Source: Pseudomonadota bacterium (lineage in GTDB: Bacteria > Pseudomonadota > Gammaproteobacteria > Xanthomonadales > Rhodanobacteraceae). From it: a stretch of DNA of 64,000 bases. Position 1 is the first letter of the stretch. Every line of letters begins with the position of its first letter. The position numbers and the translations under genes are program-made. The notes beneath the pieces were generated by a model that did not search any database, was not told the origin of the DNA, and saw only the letters and a program-made list of their open reading frames with translations. Below, in pieces: positions 19,078 through 27,207 of this stretch. The DNA is taken from NCBI GenBank assembly GCA_021827205.1, contig JAKAWV010000005.1, positions 79,120 to 143,119 of the forward strand, written 5' to 3'.

Positions 19078-20223
19078 ATGATCGCCCGGGGTCGTAAGCT
19101 GCGTCGCAACGTTGTTCCGGGCCGACGCGCCCGGCGTCTGTGGCACGTCAGCCCGGATGGCTTCGGCGAGCTGCGCCGGTCCTGTCTGCTGAGCCGCAAG
19201 GCGGCGGCCGAGTTTCTCGGGGTGAGCCTGCGCACGGTGGCCTACTGGGAGGCCGGGCGCTGCCGGGTGCCGTTGTCGGTGGTGCGGCTGCTGCGCATCG
19301 TTCGCCTGGGCGATCTCGGCGCGCTGTCGCGGGACTGGTCGGGCTGGTCCTTGCATGGCGGCGCGCTGCGCAGCCCGGAAGGCCGCGCCTTCACACCGCA
19401 CGAATCGGCATGGTGGGCGCTGCTGGTGGCGCAGGCGCGCGCGTTTGTGGAGGGCCGGGCGCGGCTCGGGGGTGTGGGGGCGGCAGCCCCCGCGAGGCCG
19501 CAGGCCGTCCCGCTTCAACCCGAAGCCGGGGAAGCCGGACGGCAGGACGCAGACGCGGCCGGGCATGGGCAGGGCGTCTTCCCGCTGAACGCTCTGGAAG
19601 GGGTGCTGCTGCCGGTTCGTAGCGGCTGGGCCGCTGTGTGGAGCGAAGGCGGGGGCGCGCGTGCGCGCCCCGCCTGCTCCACGGGGCTTGTCTCCTATTC
19701 AACAAAGGCAACGCGACATGCCGAATGTGAGCATTTTCCTAGCTTGCGCGCTGGTGGTCATGGTGGCAATCTGGGGCCACTATGGCCCCATGGAGTAGGC
19801 ACCCATGCCCCCGACTTCCAAGCTCAACCTGCGTCTTCCTGTGGACTTGAAGGAACAGGCCGAGGCCTTGGCCCAGCACATGGGCTTGAGCTTGAACGCC
19901 CTGTGTGTGATGGCCCTGCGCTCGCAGGTGCCCTACCTGTCCCGCACCTACCGCCCGCCTCCTGTGGTCCCGGCCGGCCTTCAGGCCCCGACCGCCCCGC
20001 CTTCGTCGGCGCCGGCGGTCTCCAGGCGGGAGCACGTGCCCAGGGTGGCGCTGAATGCGCCCTGCCCGTGCGGCAGTGGCCAGAAGTACAAGCGGTGTCA
20101 CGGCGCGCCCGGCGTGCGGTAACCGGCGCAGAGGGTGCGGCACCCGGCCAGTTCGACGGCTCACCGGGTGCCGCGGTTACAACCATAACCGGGGGCGTGG
20201 CCCCCATGGAGTTTGTAGCATGA
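19078..20223 (+). CDS. HTH DNA-binding protein (copy 2; 3' end unresolved)
   Basis: Identical to 17230..18375 at +1848. Confidence 0.5.
   Translation: MIARGRKLRRNVVPGRRARRLWHVSPDGFGELRRSCLLSRKAAAEFLGVSLRTVAYWEAGRCRVPLSVVRLLRIVRLGDLGALSRDWSGWSLHGGALRSPEGRAFTPHESAWWALLVAQARAFVEGRARLGGVGAAAPARPQAVPLQPEAGEAGRQDADAAGHGQGVFPLNALEGVLLPVRSGWAAVWSEGGGARARPACSTGLVSYSTKATRHAECEHFPSLRAGGHGGNLGPLWPHGVGTHAPDFQAQPASSCGLEGTGRGLGPAHGLELERPVCDGPALAGALPVPHLPPASCGPGRPSGPDRPAFVGAGGLQAGARAQGGAECALPVRQWPEVQAVSRRARRAVTGAEGAAPGQFDGSPGAAVTTITGGVAPMEFVA
19805..20122 (+). CDS. RHH-like / SEC-C motif protein (copy 2)
   Basis: Identical to 17957..18274 at +1848. Confidence 0.75.
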   Translation: MPPTSKLNLRLPVDLKEQAEALAQHMGLSLNALCVMALRSQVPYLSRTYRPPPVVPAGLQAPTAPPSSAPAVSRREHVPRVALNAPCPCGSGQKYKRCHGAPGVR

Positions 20224-20624
20224 AACGGCGTGATGAGTTGGCGTCGATCCGCTGCGTGTTGGCGGAGCAGTTGGTTTCCATCGCGGTGCAGTCCTATTAC
20301 GCGGCCGGTCGCGCGATCCTCGAGGATTTCAAGGCGTCCGGGGAACCTTGGGACGTGGACGGGCAGCCTTGGGCGGATCGCTCGGTTTTCCTGTGGCAGC
20401 TGCACCACGAGATAACGCACCGGCTTAGCCTCGTGGCGGCGCGTCAGCGCCTGCGCTCGCCCGGCTCGGCGACTTCGGAACTGGGCTGGTACGAGCCGCC
20501 CGGGCGTCCTGCGTTCGATCCCGTGCCCGTTTTTTCAGGCCCGCCGGTGAACGATTTGCACCCTGCCCCTGATGCCTGCGAGTCTAGCGCGGGCGCGGCG
20601 GCGAGCGCGGGGGTGGATGCATGA
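20220..20624 (+). CDS. hypothetical 134-aa protein (copy 2)
   Basis: Identical to 18372..18776 at +1848. Confidence 0.5.
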   Translation: MKRRDELASIRCVLAEQLVSIAVQSYYAAGRAILEDFKASGEPWDVDGQPWADRSVFLWQLHHEITHRLSLVAARQRLRSPGSATSELGWYEPPGRPAFDPVPVFSGPPVNDLHPAPDACESSAGAAASAGVDA

Positions 20625-20646
20625 CGTCCTATGCATATGCGAAAGT
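20619..20646. other. right junction (attR): element-type left arm + central region + chromosomal XerC-side arm
   Basis: GCATGACGTCC|TATGCA|TATGCGAAAGT. It differs from the other two sites by G instead of A at 20641, and the flank then diverges (GGCGGGG vs CATGTCG). Confidence 0.6.
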
Positions 20647-20715
20647 GGCGGGGCTGGCACGGCGCGTGCTTGCATGGCTGCGAGACTTAACAAGCTCAGC
20701 TCTTGTCTGTCGGCG

Positions 20716-20732
20716 AATAATTTCATATTATT
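20716..20732. promoter_or_regulatory. AT-rich inverted repeat AATAAT-N5-ATTATT upstream of the L36 paralogue (candidate Zur-type operator)
   Basis: Perfect 6-bp arms read directly, about 35 nt upstream of ATG 20767. The Zur assignment is inferred only from the known Zur control of Cys-less L36/L31 paralogues. Confidence 0.3.
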
Positions 20733-20766
20733 TCGGGCCAATGCTCGTTTTGGGCTGGAGCTTGTC

Positions 20767-20892
20767 ATGAAAGTACTGTCCTCGCTGAAGTCTGCCAAGG
20801 CGCGTCATCGCGATTGCAAGATCGTGCGTCGTCGCGGCAAGGTCTTCGTGATCTGCAAGAGCAACCCGCGTTTCAAGGCACGGCAGCGCTAA
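20767..20892 (+). CDS. rpmJ: 50S ribosomal protein L36, Cys-poor (type B, YkgO-like) paralogue
   Basis: 41 aa: [42 protein letters not shown]36 fold signature without the full CxxC...C...H zinc ligands. GGAG SD is present. Confidence 0.85.
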   Translation: MKVLSSLKSAKARHRDCKIVRRRGKVFVICKSNPRFKARQR

Positions 20893-20918
20893 GAGGCGGA
20901 CTCTCGCAATCTCACGTC

Positions 20919-20948
20919 GGGGCCGCGCAAGCGGCCTTGTGTGTTTCT
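20919..20948 (+). terminator. rho-independent terminator after rpmJ
   Basis: GGCCGC-GCAA-GCGGCC stem-loop followed by TTGTGTGTTTCT. Confidence 0.55.
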
Positions 20949-21073
20949 GGATGTTGCAAGCACTGGCAATTCGCGCCGGAGCCCCCAATCAGCGCATGTC
21001 ATCGCTGCATTACGTCGGAACATCTGCTAAATAGCACGCGTGACGCCGTCTTGGCGTCGGGGGAGGATTGCCC

Positions 21074-21394
21074 ATGATTCATTCGAATGCATTCTTGGGG
21101 CTGTGCGCAGCGGCAGCGATGCTCTTGGCTTCGAGCGCCGCCCATGCCGATACGCTGCATCGACAGGTACAGCGCGAAACGCGCATGGATCTGCCGCAAC
21201 GCGGCCTGAGCATGGCGCAGGTCGAAAAGCGTTTCGGCGCTCCCGAGCGCAAGCTCCCGGTGCGCGGCGGCGGCAGTCGCTGGCAGCCACCGATCCATCG
21301 CTGGGTGTATCCCGGCTACATCGTGTATTTCGAGCACAAGATCGTGATCCACAGCGTGGCCGATGCCCCTGTGGGTGAGCACCCGGTGCGTTGA
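21074..21394 (+). CDS. small exported protein of unknown function
   Basis: GGGAGGA lies 6 nt before the ATG. Signal peptide MIHSNAFLGLCAAAAMLLASSAAHA. About 106 aa. Confidence 0.6.
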   Translation: MIHSNAFLGLCAAAAMLLASSAAHADTLHRQVQRETRMDLPQRGLSMAQVEKRFGAPERKLPVRGGGSRWQPPIHRWVYPGYIVYFEHKIVIHSVADAPVGEHPVR

Positions 21395-22440
21395 TGGTGC
21401 AACGGGCTTTGCGCTGGCCTGCCGAGTGGGAGCCGCAGGCCGGGGTTCTTGTCGCCTGGCCACACGCAGAAACCGACTGGGTGGCGCGTCTAGCAGCGGT
21501 TGAGTCCAGCTATGCCGCGCTCGTTACCGCCATCACGCGCCACGAATGCTGCCTGATCTGCGTCGCTGATGCCAAACTGCAGGCGCACGCACAGAATCTG
21601 CTGATTACGGCTGGCGCCCAATTGCAGCGTGTACAGTTCGTGCAGGCGCCCTACAATGACACTTGGCTACGTGATTCCGGCCCGATTGTGCTGCGCGACG
21701 AATTGGCTTACGAGTACGCCGATTTTCGCTTCACCGGCTGGGGCGGCAAATTCAGCGCTGAACAGGACGACGCCCTGATCCAGCGCCTGCTTGATCAAGG
21801 CGTCTTTGTGACGGGCCGGCATGCACGGCACGACTTCGCGCTTGAAGGTGGCGCCATCGAGGGCGATGGCGCCGGTACGCTGCTGACCACCTGGCGCTGC
21901 CTGCATCAGCGGCATCCGCAATTGGGCCGCGACGCGCTGGCTGGCATCCTGCGCAAGGATCTCGGCGCGCAGCGCGTACTCTGGTTGCAGCATGGCTATC
22001 TCGAAGGCGACGACACCGACGCGCACATCGACACGCTGGCGCGTTTCAGCCCCGATGGTGGCATCGTGTTTCAAGCCTGCGATGATCCGAATGATGTCCA
22101 CTACGCGGAACTCGGCGCGATGCGTGACGAACTCGCCGCACTGCGTGACGCACAAGACCGGCCGTATCGTTTACATGCGCTGCCCTGGGCGCGGCCGATC
22201 CGCGATGGCCAACGGCGCCTGGCGGCTTCCTATGCAAACTATCTCGTCATCAATGACGCCGTACTGGTGCCTGGCTACGACGACCCAGCTGATGCACAAG
22301 CAGCGCGTATCATCGGCGCGGCGCATCCGGGTCGCAGTGTGGAGCAAGTTCCCTGCCGTGCGCTGATCTGGCAGAACGGCAGCCTGCACTGCGTGACCAT
22401 GCAAATCCCTGCCGGCGCGTTGCGCGGGCCCGCAGGCTAA
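21394..22440 (+). CDS. aguA: agmatine deiminase
   Basis: PAD_porph family blocks WPAEWEPQ and DTWLRDSGP, and the catalytic Cys context NGSLHCVTMQ. The ATG overlaps the preceding stop (TGATG). Confidence 0.85.
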   Translation: MVQRALRWPAEWEPQAGVLVAWPHAETDWVARLAAVESSYAALVTAITRHECCLICVADAKLQAHAQNLLITAGAQLQRVQFVQAPYNDTWLRDSGPIVLRDELAYEYADFRFTGWGGKFSAEQDDALIQRLLDQGVFVTGRHARHDFALEGGAIEGDGAGTLLTTWRCLHQRHPQLGRDALAGILRKDLGAQRVLWLQHGYLEGDDTDAHIDTLARFSPDGGIVFQACDDPNDVHYAELGAMRDELAALRDAQDRPYRLHALPWARPIRDGQRRLAASYANYLVINDAVLVPGYDDPADAQAARIIGAAHPGRSVEQVPCRALIWQNGSLHCVTMQIPAGALRGPAG

Positions 22441-22466
22441 ACTTGTGCTTTGTCCGCGAGTCTTCC

Positions 22467-23354
22467 ATGCGTCGCACCCCACTGATCCTGGCGCTGTTGC
22501 AACAGCGAGATCACGGCTCAGCCACAGCCAATCTTGAGGTTATTGCAGCGGAACTACGCGCCATCGCAGTAGCGGGAGCAGAACTGGTCCTGCTGCAGGA
22601 ATTGCACAACGGCGCGTACTTCTGCCAGCACGAGGCCGTGGCCGAGTTCGACCGCGCCGAGCCCATCCCTGGACCGTCCACTGAATTTCTCGCCAGACTC
22701 GCTGCGGAACTGGGGCTGGTGATCGTCGCTTCGCTGTTCGAGCGGCGCGCGCCGGGGCTGTATCACAACACGGCAGTCGTTCTCGATAAAACATCTGGAA
22801 TCGTTGGTAAGTACAGGAAAATGCACATACCAGACGATCCTGGATTCCATGAAAAGTTCTACTTCACGCCCGGCGATCTCGGCTTCGAGCCTATCCAGAC
22901 TTCGGTCGGAAAACTCGGCGTACTGGTGTGCTGGGACCAGTGGTATCCAGAAGCCGCGCGGCTGATGGCCCTGGCGGGAGCAGACGTGTTGCTCTACCCC
23001 ACCGCCATCGGCTGGGATCGTACCGACGCCAGCGCCGAGCAGCAGCGCCAGCGCGAGGCATGGATCACCGTGCAGCGCGCACATGCCATAGCTAATGGCC
23101 TGCCAGTGGCGGCGTGCAACCGTGTTGGCTTCGAACCGCAACCAGAGGGCGCGGGGGGCATCCAGTTCTGGGGCAGCAGTTTTGTGTGCGGCGCGCAGGG
23201 CGAGCTGCTGGCCCAGGCTGGTAGCGAACAGCCCGAACGCCTCGTGGTGCAACTCGATCTGCAGCGCAGCGAGGGTGTGCGCCGCATCTGGCCGTTTTTG
23301 CGCGACCGGCGCATCGACGCCTACGGCGAGATTCTGCAGCGGTATCGTGATTGA
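22467..23354 (+). CDS. aguB: N-carbamoylputrescine amidase (carbon-nitrogen hydrolase)
   Basis: CN-hydrolase triad context (LQELHN..., YRKMHIPD, VLVCWDQWYPE). Adjacent to aguA as in the agmatine-to-putrescine pathway. Confidence 0.85.
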   Translation: MRRTPLILALLQQRDHGSATANLEVIAAELRAIAVAGAELVLLQELHNGAYFCQHEAVAEFDRAEPIPGPSTEFLARLAAELGLVIVASLFERRAPGLYHNTAVVLDKTSGIVGKYRKMHIPDDPGFHEKFYFTPGDLGFEPIQTSVGKLGVLVCWDQWYPEAARLMALAGADVLLYPTAIGWDRTDASAEQQRQREAWITVQRAHAIANGLPVAACNRVGFEPQPEGAGGIQFWGSSFVCGAQGELLAQAGSEQPERLVVQLDLQRSEGVRRIWPFLRDRRIDAYGEILQRYRD

Positions 23355-24577
23355 TGGACACCCGTCTCCCCGCCAGCGATATGCCACTGCCCTTGCCCAC
23401 GCAGCCCATCGCGCGCGTCGAGCGCTGGGGCGTGGAGTTCGTGCTGCTGGGCACGGCGCATGTATCGCGGCAAAGCGCCGACGCGGTGCGCGCTCTGCTC
23501 GAAACCGAGCACTTCGACGCAGTGGCGGTAGAGCTATGCACCAGTCGTGCCGCCGGCTTGCGCGATCCCGAGCGGATCCGGCAGATGGATTTGTTCCGCG
23601 TGATCCGCGACGGCAAGGTCGGCATGGTCGCGGCCAGCCTGGCGCTGGGCGCATTTCAGCGCCGCCTGGCCGAGCGTTTCGGCGTCGAACCGGGCGCCGA
23701 GATGCTGGTCGCGATGGACGGCGCCGCTGCGCGTGCGCTGCCGTGCTGGCTGATTGATCGCGAGGTCGGCACGACCTTGAAGCGCGCCTGGCGCAACGTC
23801 GGCTTCCGTGAGCGCATGCGCATCCTCGGCAGCCTTGGCGCCGGTGTATTTGGCGGCGAAGATGCCAGTGAAAGCGAGATCGAGGCGCTGAAACAGGGCG
23901 ACATGCTTGAAGACGCTTTCGGCGAGTTCGCGCGCGATTCGGCCACGTTGTTCCGCAGCCTGATCGAGGAGCGCGACCGCTACATGGCTGCAGTCCTGCA
24001 GCAGCAGGTCGAACGCGCACCACAGGTGCGACGTGTGCTCGTGGTGATTGGCGCCGGGCACCTGGCTGGCCTGTCGCAATGGCTGCGCGAGGGCGAATTG
24101 CAGACTGGACGCGAATTGCTCGAACTTGATCGCATTCCGCCGGCATCCCGCTGGCCGAAATGGATCGCGATCGGCATGGTGCTGGCGCTGTTCGCGGTGA
24201 TCGCCTATGCGTTTTTCAGGAGCCCCGCGCTGGGGTTCAGCACCCTGCTTGACTGGGCTCTGTTCACCGCGGGTCTGGCCGCGCTGGGCGGCGTGCTGGC
24301 CGGCGGGCATCCTTTGAGCATTCTGGTGGGCGCCGCGGTGGCGCCGTTCAAGCCGATCCGCATCCTGCCTCCGGGCGCGTTCGCGGCAATGACCGAACTG
24401 CTGCTGCGGCGCCCGCGCGTAGCCGATTTCGAAGCCTTGAAGGCCGATCTGGTGCACTGGCGCGGCTGGTGGCGCAATCGCGTAGCGCGCATCCTGCTCT
24501 TGTTCATGCTGGTCAATCTGGGCGCGCTTGCCGGTGAATACATCGCCGGCATCAAGATTTTGCGCGCGGTGTTTTGA
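23354..24577 (+). CDS. TraB/GumN-family protein
   Basis: N-terminal GTAHVSRQSADAV motif and C-terminal membrane segments. The ATG overlaps the aguB stop. Confidence 0.8.
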   Translation: MDTRLPASDMPLPLPTQPIARVERWGVEFVLLGTAHVSRQSADAVRALLETEHFDAVAVELCTSRAAGLRDPERIRQMDLFRVIRDGKVGMVAASLALGAFQRRLAERFGVEPGAEMLVAMDGAAARALPCWLIDREVGTTLKRAWRNVGFRERMRILGSLGAGVFGGEDASESEIEALKQGDMLEDAFGEFARDSATLFRSLIEERDRYMAAVLQQQVERAPQVRRVLVVIGAGHLAGLSQWLREGELQTGRELLELDRIPPASRWPKWIAIGMVLALFAVIAYAFFRSPALGFSTLLDWALFTAGLAALGGVLAGGHPLSILVGAAVAPFKPIRILPPGAFAAMTELLLRRPRVADFEALKADLVHWRGWWRNRVARILLLFMLVNLGALAGEYIAGIKILRAVF

Positions 24578-24598
24578 GGTGTTTGCGGTGCAGCACGT

Positions 24599-25099
24599 TT
24601 AATGTGGCAAGCGCAGGTAAAGAACCACCGCCAGCGCCAAATGCAAGCCCAGCACGGCTAGTGAAATCACCACACGCAAGCGCCTGAAAGCCATCGACCA
24701 TGCCGCATCGCCGGCATCGCGACGCAGCCAGATGGCAAAACCCATGCCCGTCATGGCGACCGCCAATGGAATCCATACCGGCACCAGCAAAAGCGCAGCG
24801 AAGCCAAGCGAGCCGGGGATAACCGCCTCGATCAAACGCGCACCCTCTTCGTCCAAGGCCAATGCCCTGCCCCAGCGCATGCCACCCAGAAAACTCAGAA
24901 TGATCGCGGCATAAAGCTCGAACACGATGGCGCCCGCCAGCCAGCGCTCCGCGGGACTGGCGGCGTAGATGCATGCCACCAGCAATGGCAGCAACCCGGC
25001 CAGGCTCAGGGCCCATGCCATGCGCATCGATGCATTCGCAGCCCCTGCTGTTGCAGACGACGGGTGGGTACTCGGTGCGTTCATGCGCAGATCCGTCAA
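24599..25099 (-). CDS. DUF3429-like membrane protein
   Basis: Four hydrophobic helices and the SFLGGMRWG motif. Start uncertain (several in-frame Met codons). Confidence 0.6.
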   Translation of the reverse strand: MTDLRMNAPSTHPSSATAGAANASMRMAWALSLAGLLPLLVACIYAASPAERWLAGAIVFELYAAIILSFLGGMRWGRALALDEEGARLIEAVIPGSLGFAALLLVPVWIPLAVAMTGMGFAIWLRRDAGDAAWSMAFRRLRVVISLAVLGLHLALAVVLYLRLPH

Positions 25100-25336
25100 A
25101 AGACCTCAGAGCATAGATGAAGCACCCATCAGCACAGCATGCAGAGCGGGTTGCCAACCCCTGCGCATCGGCCGGTTTTGCAACTGGCCTGCAAAACGAT
25201 GGTCGTGCTTGCGAGGCGCCACGATGGGCTTATCTGGGTAAGGATCTGCCTGCACTTGCTGTTACGCCCGCTGTCAAGCCTGGATACTGAACAATAGATA
25301 AACAAAGCCAAGTACATGCTTGATTCCTTCTGACAT

Positions 25337-25360
25337 GGTGTTATAGTTATATACAACACC
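25337..25360. promoter_or_regulatory. imperfect palindrome GGTGTTATA-GT-TATATACAACACC upstream of the mini-ORF/GntR/ABC cluster (candidate GntR operator)
   Basis: The outer 6-bp arms GGTGTT/AACACC are perfect and the core is AT-rich. It lies 32 nt upstream of the first mini-ORF in the lowest-GC stretch of this region. Repressor assignment is inference. Confidence 0.35.
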
Positions 25361-25391
25361 ACTTTAGCAACTGACCAAAACGGAGCGCCGT

Positions 25392-25520
25392 ATGAACATC
25401 AAATACATCCGAACCTTAGCTGTCTTGGCCTCGATCCTGATGACCGTGGCCATGCTCGCCGGCGTACACGCTGGTTTCGAAGGGCCGCAACTCACCGCGC
25501 CACATGCCCTGATCCGTTGA
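25392..25520 (+). CDS. mini-ORF P1, 42-aa single-helix peptide
   Basis: Not in the ORF track. ACGGAG SD lies 7 nt upstream. MNIKYIRTLAVLASILMTVAMLAGVHAGFEGPQLTAPHALIR. Paralogous to P2 and P3. Confidence 0.5.
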   Translation: MNIKYIRTLAVLASILMTVAMLAGVHAGFEGPQLTAPHALIR

Positions 25521-25566
25521 TCGGACGGGCGCCGGATCGCAGACCGAACAACCCCAGGAGTTGACC

Positions 25567-25701
25567 ATGAACGTGTCCAGGATCGCCATCATCGCCGCTG
25601 CCGTATTGATCACCCTGCTGATGCTTGCCGGCATGCGCGGCGGATTCACCGGTTTCACCATCGCGGCGCATACCGCCCCCGCCATCACGCAGTCGGCCTG
25701 A
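25567..25701 (+). CDS. mini-ORF P2, 44-aa single-helix peptide
   Basis: Not in the ORF track. AGGAG SD lies 7 nt upstream. MNVSRIAIIAAAVLITLLMLAGMRGGFTGFTIAAHTAPAITQSA. Confidence 0.5.
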   Translation: MNVSRIAIIAAAVLITLLMLAGMRGGFTGFTIAAHTAPAITQSA

Positions 25702-25713
25702 GCGGAGTCCGCC

Positions 25714-25968
25714 ATGAATGTCAAACCCGAAGCCTATGCCGCTGTCGCCGCTGTCGCCTTGTCTGCGCTGACGCTGTTGGGCGTGCGCACTGGCTGCGAG
25801 CTTGGCGTGACGCGCCACCACCCTGCGGCCAGCGTAACCAGTTCCAGAACTCGGCTGCCCGAGGTGGCGATCAGCGCCTCACTGCGCAGCGCGTCGGATC
25901 GCGCAGACGCCGGACCGGATACGGGCATGCCCTACTATTCGTTTGCCCGACGCAGCATCCGTCTTTGA
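25714..25968 (+). CDS. mini-ORF P3, 84 aa, N-terminus paralogous to P1/P2
   Basis: CGGAG SD upstream. MNVKPEAYAAVAAVALSALTLLGVRTGCELGV... followed by a longer polar tail. Ends 14 nt before the GntR start. Confidence 0.4.
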   Translation: MNVKPEAYAAVAAVALSALTLLGVRTGCELGVTRHHPAASVTSSRTRLPEVAISASLRSASDRADAGPDTGMPYYSFARRSIRL

Positions 25969-25981
25969 CGAGTACGCGCCC

Positions 25982-26353
25982 ATGACCGTCACCTGGAACG
26001 ACAGCGTTCCGATCTATCGCCAGCTGCGCGAGCGCGTAGTGGCGATGATCCTCGACGGCGCCCTGAAGGAAGGCGATGCGCTGCCTTCCGTGCGCCAGGT
26101 CGCGGCTGACTTCCAGATCAATCCGTTGACCGTTTCCAAGGCTTATCAGGAACTGGTCGATGAGCAACTGGTCGAGAAACGCCGCGGCATGGGCATGTAC
26201 GTGATCGATGGCGCGCGCGTCAAGCTGCTGGGTAGTGAGCGCGAACGTTTTCTGCGTGACGAGTGGCCGGCCCTGCTCGAACGCATCCAGCGCATGGGCC
26301 TGGAGCCCGCAAGCCTGCTGCAGGCCGGCGACCGCAAGGAGAATGACCGATGA
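25982..26353 (+). CDS. GntR-family transcriptional regulator, short YtrA-type
   Basis: 123 aa. Winged HTH IYRQLRERVVAMILDGALKEGDALPSVRQVAADFQINPLTVSKAYQELV with a short C-terminal helical tail. The stop overlaps the ABC ATPase start. Confidence 0.85.
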   Translation: MTVTWNDSVPIYRQLRERVVAMILDGALKEGDALPSVRQVAADFQINPLTVSKAYQELVDEQLVEKRRGMGMYVIDGARVKLLGSERERFLRDEWPALLERIQRMGLEPASLLQAGDRKENDR

Positions 26354-27207
26354 GCGCAATGATCGAGGCGCATGGTTTGCGCAAGCAGTATCGCAACACG
26401 GAGGCGCTGCGCGGGATCGATTTCAGCATCGAGCCCGGGCGCATCGTGGGCCTGATCGGCCCCAACGGCGCGGGCAAGACCACCGCCCTCAAGGCCATCC
26501 TCGGCTTGACCGATTTCCAGGGCCAGCTCAATGTGCTGGGACACGATCCACGCATCGGTCGCGAGCACATGATGCAGGAGGTCAGCTTCATCGCCGACGT
26601 GGCGGTGTTGCCGCGCTGGATACGCGTACACCAAGTCGTCGACTTCGTCGCCGGCGTACACCCGAAATTCGACCGCGCGCGCTGCGAAAGTTTTCTCGCG
26701 CGCACCCAATTGCAAAAAACTGCGCGCGTACGCGAGCTCTCGAAAGGCATGATCGTGCAATTGCATCTGGCGCTGGTGATGGCCATCGACGCGCGCCTGC
26801 TGGTGCTGGACGAGCCCACGCTGGGCCTCGATCTGCTGTACCGCAAGCAGTTCTACCAGAACCTGCTCGAGGACTACTTCGACGAGCAGCGCACCATCGT
26901 GATCACGACGCATCAGGTCGAGGAGATCGAGCATATCCTCAGTGACGTGATGTTCATCCGCGATGGACGCATCACGCTGCAGACCGATATGGACAGTCTC
27001 GGCGAGCGTTACGCCGAAGTCATGGTCGCGGCCGAGCATGACGAGGCCGCGCGCGCGCTGAAACCGCTCAGCGAACGCAGCGTATTCGGCAAGACGGTTT
27101 ATTTGTTCGACGGCGTCGAACGACAGCAGTTGCAGGCGCTGGGTGAAGTGCGCCGGCCATCGTTGGCCGACATCTTCGTGGCCACCATGCAGGGCTCCTA
27201 CACATGA
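26350..27207 (+). CDS. ABC transporter ATP-binding protein
   Basis: Walker A GPNGAGKTT, signature LSKGM, Walker B LLVLDEPT. 4-nt overlaps with both neighbours. Confidence 0.9.
   Translation: MSAMIEAHGLRKQYRNTEALRGIDFSIEPGRIVGLIGPNGAGKTTALKAILGLTDFQGQLNVLGHDPRIGREHMMQEVSFIADVAVLPRWIRVHQVVDFVAGVHPKFDRARCESFLARTQLQKTARVRELSKGMIVQLHLALVMAIDARLLVLDEPTLGLDLLYRKQFYQNLLEDYFDEQRTIVITTHQVEEIEHILSDVMFIRDGRITLQTDMDSLGERYAEVMVAAEHDEAARALKPLSERSVFGKTVYLFDGVERQQLQALGEVRRPSLADIFVATMQGSYT

Larger units (their letters stand above)
18783..20630. mobile_element. copy 2 of the 1,848-bp tandem cassette
   Basis: Identical to copy 1 wherever I compared it, and all track ORFs reappear at +1848 with identical translations. 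Confidence 0.7.

Noticed and set aside
16935-20630. The tandem repeat interpreted as a CRISPR array, IS element, composite transposon or plain segmental duplication
   Set aside because: The unit is 1.85 kb of coding DNA, not short repeats with spacers. It has no transposase and no terminal inverted repeats. A plain duplication would not explain why the three junction sites form the attL/attP/attR pattern around a dif-like core. An assembly artefact cannot be excluded from the sequence alone and is listed as a check.
22554-24146. 530-aa minus-strand ORF
   Set aside because: It is antisense to aguB and the TraB/GumN gene and has extreme Arg/Pro/Ala composition.
23354-24577. TraB as evidence of a conjugative element
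   Set aside because: This is the TraB/GumN (pheromone-shutdown/PrgY-like) family, not a conjugative coupling or channel protein. No other transfer genes are nearby.
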